64,000 nucleotides of DNA from the NCBI RefSeq assembly GCF_009914755.1, contig NC_060947.1. One strand, given 5' to 3'. The translations under genes and the position numbers were made by a program. Positions 61,870-64,000 of this stretch are shown here, piece by piece. The notes under the pieces were generated by a model. The model ran no database searches and was not told the DNA's origin. It worked only from the letters and a program-made list of their open reading frames with translations. Within the stretch, counting starts at the first letter, position 1, and each line of letters starts with the position of its first letter. The stretch comes from the human T2T-CHM13v2.0 reference genome, Homo sapiens.

Positions 61870-62020
61870 CTAGCAATAAATATCACATGTTGAGCATCTA
61901 TTCTGAAGTAGGCACTGTAGTAATTCCTTTATTTAGATTATTCTCATTTAATACTCCCATTAGCTTTGTGAGGATTATATTATCTTTTTCATTTTATAAA
62001 TAATAAATTGAAGTAATGTG
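61870..62020 (-). mobile_element. MIR
   Basis: 'gttgagcatctattctgaagtaggcactgt..tctcatttaatactc..cattttataaataataaattgaag'. Confidence 0.65.
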
Positions 62021-62134
62021 TCCTGTTGCATGTAATTGCATGGCCCAAATTTTTCCTGTGGTAGGGTCTTTCCAGGTCATTTGTATAATAATTTGATTCT
62101 AATTTAAAAGCACGAAAGGGAAAAAAGTAAGTGC

Positions 62135-62360
62135 ATATTTATTGCTTACGTCCATTGCATTAAGTAGGCAATGTGCTAAGCATTTCACAAATGTTACCTC
62201 ATTTCACAATAAGCTTGTGAGGTAATTACCATCATTGTTATTTTTCTCAGTATTGTAGGTGAGAAACTGTCAGCCTCATCAAGTAACTTCTGCAAGATCA
62301 CACAGCTGATGAATTTGTATTCTCCTACTCAAGATTGCCTGCCTCTGAAGCCTATGTTCT
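62135..62360 (-). mobile_element. MIR
   Basis: 'taggcaatgtgctaagcatttcacaaatgttacctcattt..gtaggtgagaaactg..aagtaacttctgcaagatcacacagct'. Confidence 0.75.
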
Positions 62361-64000
62361 TAAAAAAAAAAAACTATATGCATTATCTTGTAGATAAGTA
62401 GTAAATCTGTTAATTCTAGAAATATATATGGAACACTGACCACATGGCAAGCTCTGTGTTGGGTGCAGGAAAAGAAAGGTTTCATGAAGCGATTCCTACA
62501 CTTAGAGAAGTTTATGATCTAGCTGAGGAGAGGGGAAGCATACACAATAACAAATAATATGAGAACATATGCTTTAGCCTAACAAATGTTAGAAGACTGA
62601 ATTTGGGTCTTATTAAAATGCAAATAGCACTTAAAAAGATCTGCCACTTAAACCCTCATAGTATATTTTGAGTACTCAAAAATCAATATTTTTCTGGGAT
62701 AAAAGTTTGACAAATTATGCATTTTATGTATTTTTATTTTTAGAATTTAATATTGTTGTTCCTGGGAGTTTGTGGTCAAAGCGCTTTGACATAAAAATGA
62801 ATTATACCATTAGGAAACCTTACTTCAATAGATGAATACTGGGAAACACTTTCATACTAAATATCAAGGTTTATTCAATCCAATATCTTTAAAATATGAA
62901 AATACTGTGGTCAGAGAAAACCAATAGGGAAAAGTGTGGTTCTCTTCAGTCTTGAAATATGCACGCTTTCATCTTCAAGAGATAGATTACATATTCCATA
63001 AGCAAAAGTTCATATTGCAGATCATGTTTGGTGAATCGCCCACAACATTGGAAGGGAAACCGGAAAACTGTCTGATTAAGTGACATATCTTACCAGATTA
63101 GCAATCAGGAGAGAGGAGATTCAGTCCTGGTTCTACGACTATCAGAGTAATCTTGTACAATCTCTCTTGATGCCTACCCATCAATTTCCCCTTCTTAAAC
63201 TAGCTGACCCCCAAGGTTTCTTACAGTTTTGGCATCCCAAGATTCTGTAGTGTTGTCTGTAGAATAAGATGCTTTATTCTTGTCTTTTGTATGTGCAGAG
63301 AAGGTATTAGTACCTATACTTGGGGTAGAACTTTCCTCATATACATTATCAGAGCTACCACATTTCTAGCCAAAATAAGAATGAAACTAGTCAGTGTGTG
63401 AAGAGTTGGTTGTGTTGAGAGATGGAGTCAGTAATATGATTTTGTAACTTTATGGGTGCTGGGAAATCTCTTGTCCAAAGATATACTCTGACCCCAAAAT
63501 TAACACTGATGCCAAGGTTACAGTTTAATTCTTTTTTTTTTTTTTTTTTTTTGCTTATATTTGATCCCAAGTTAAAGGATGGATAGCTTTGAGAGAAGCA
63601 ACATTTTAGGCTACATAAGACATAATATCTTAAAACTATTTATTTGATAGCATGAGGATAGTAAAAAGTGGTAAGAGAAAGAGTAACAGAAGGCATCACC
63701 CTCAGTCTCACTCCAATACTATTTTTATTTCTCAGTTATAACTAGACGTGAAAGAATGTGATTTTTCTTCTTAGTTCAGTGGATGTATTTTTTTTCCCCT
63801 ACAATGATATTTTCTTTGGCAACCAGTAGAACATCAGCATCTCTTGAGAAGGAGTGTGGGGACAATTCTGGAAGCACATTGTATTATCTTCTTCTACAAT
63901 ATGAAAAAGATTCAACCTCTTAGCTTATTATTAATATAGGAATATAGTACACCTCCATTGTAAAGAACCTCAATATTTCATACCTCACTACCCTGCAGAT

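Overview
Primate (very probably human) repeat-rich, AT-rich intronic or intergenic DNA with no CpG island and no protein-coding gene I can recognise. More than half of the window is transposon-derived. It holds a near full-length L1MA2/3-type LINE-1 (+, 8441-16193) nested in an older antisense L1M, and a near full-length L1PA7-type LINE-1 (-, ~44170-50490) that lacks its 3' tail. There are also several truncated L1PA/L1PB/L1MA/L1MC/L1ME pieces, about 14 Alu/FLAM/FRAM copies, five solo LTRs at 25.9-34.6 kb, MIR/L2 relics, hAT DNA-transposon fossils (MER102, MER58A, MER113-like, Zaphod-like) and a tailless 5S rRNA retrocopy. Most ORFs in the track are L1/Alu fragments or chance ORFs. I found no convincing new multi-gene system. 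The best leads are candidate minus-strand spliced exons (two join into an open 83-codon frame), two neighbouring L1s sharing apparently private variants (possible gene conversion), an open L1 ORF0 homologue, a candidate recursive splice site and several unexplained near-perfect hairpins. Subfamily names come from remembered consensus features and need RepeatMasker/Dfam confirmation; boundaries of old repeats are approximate.
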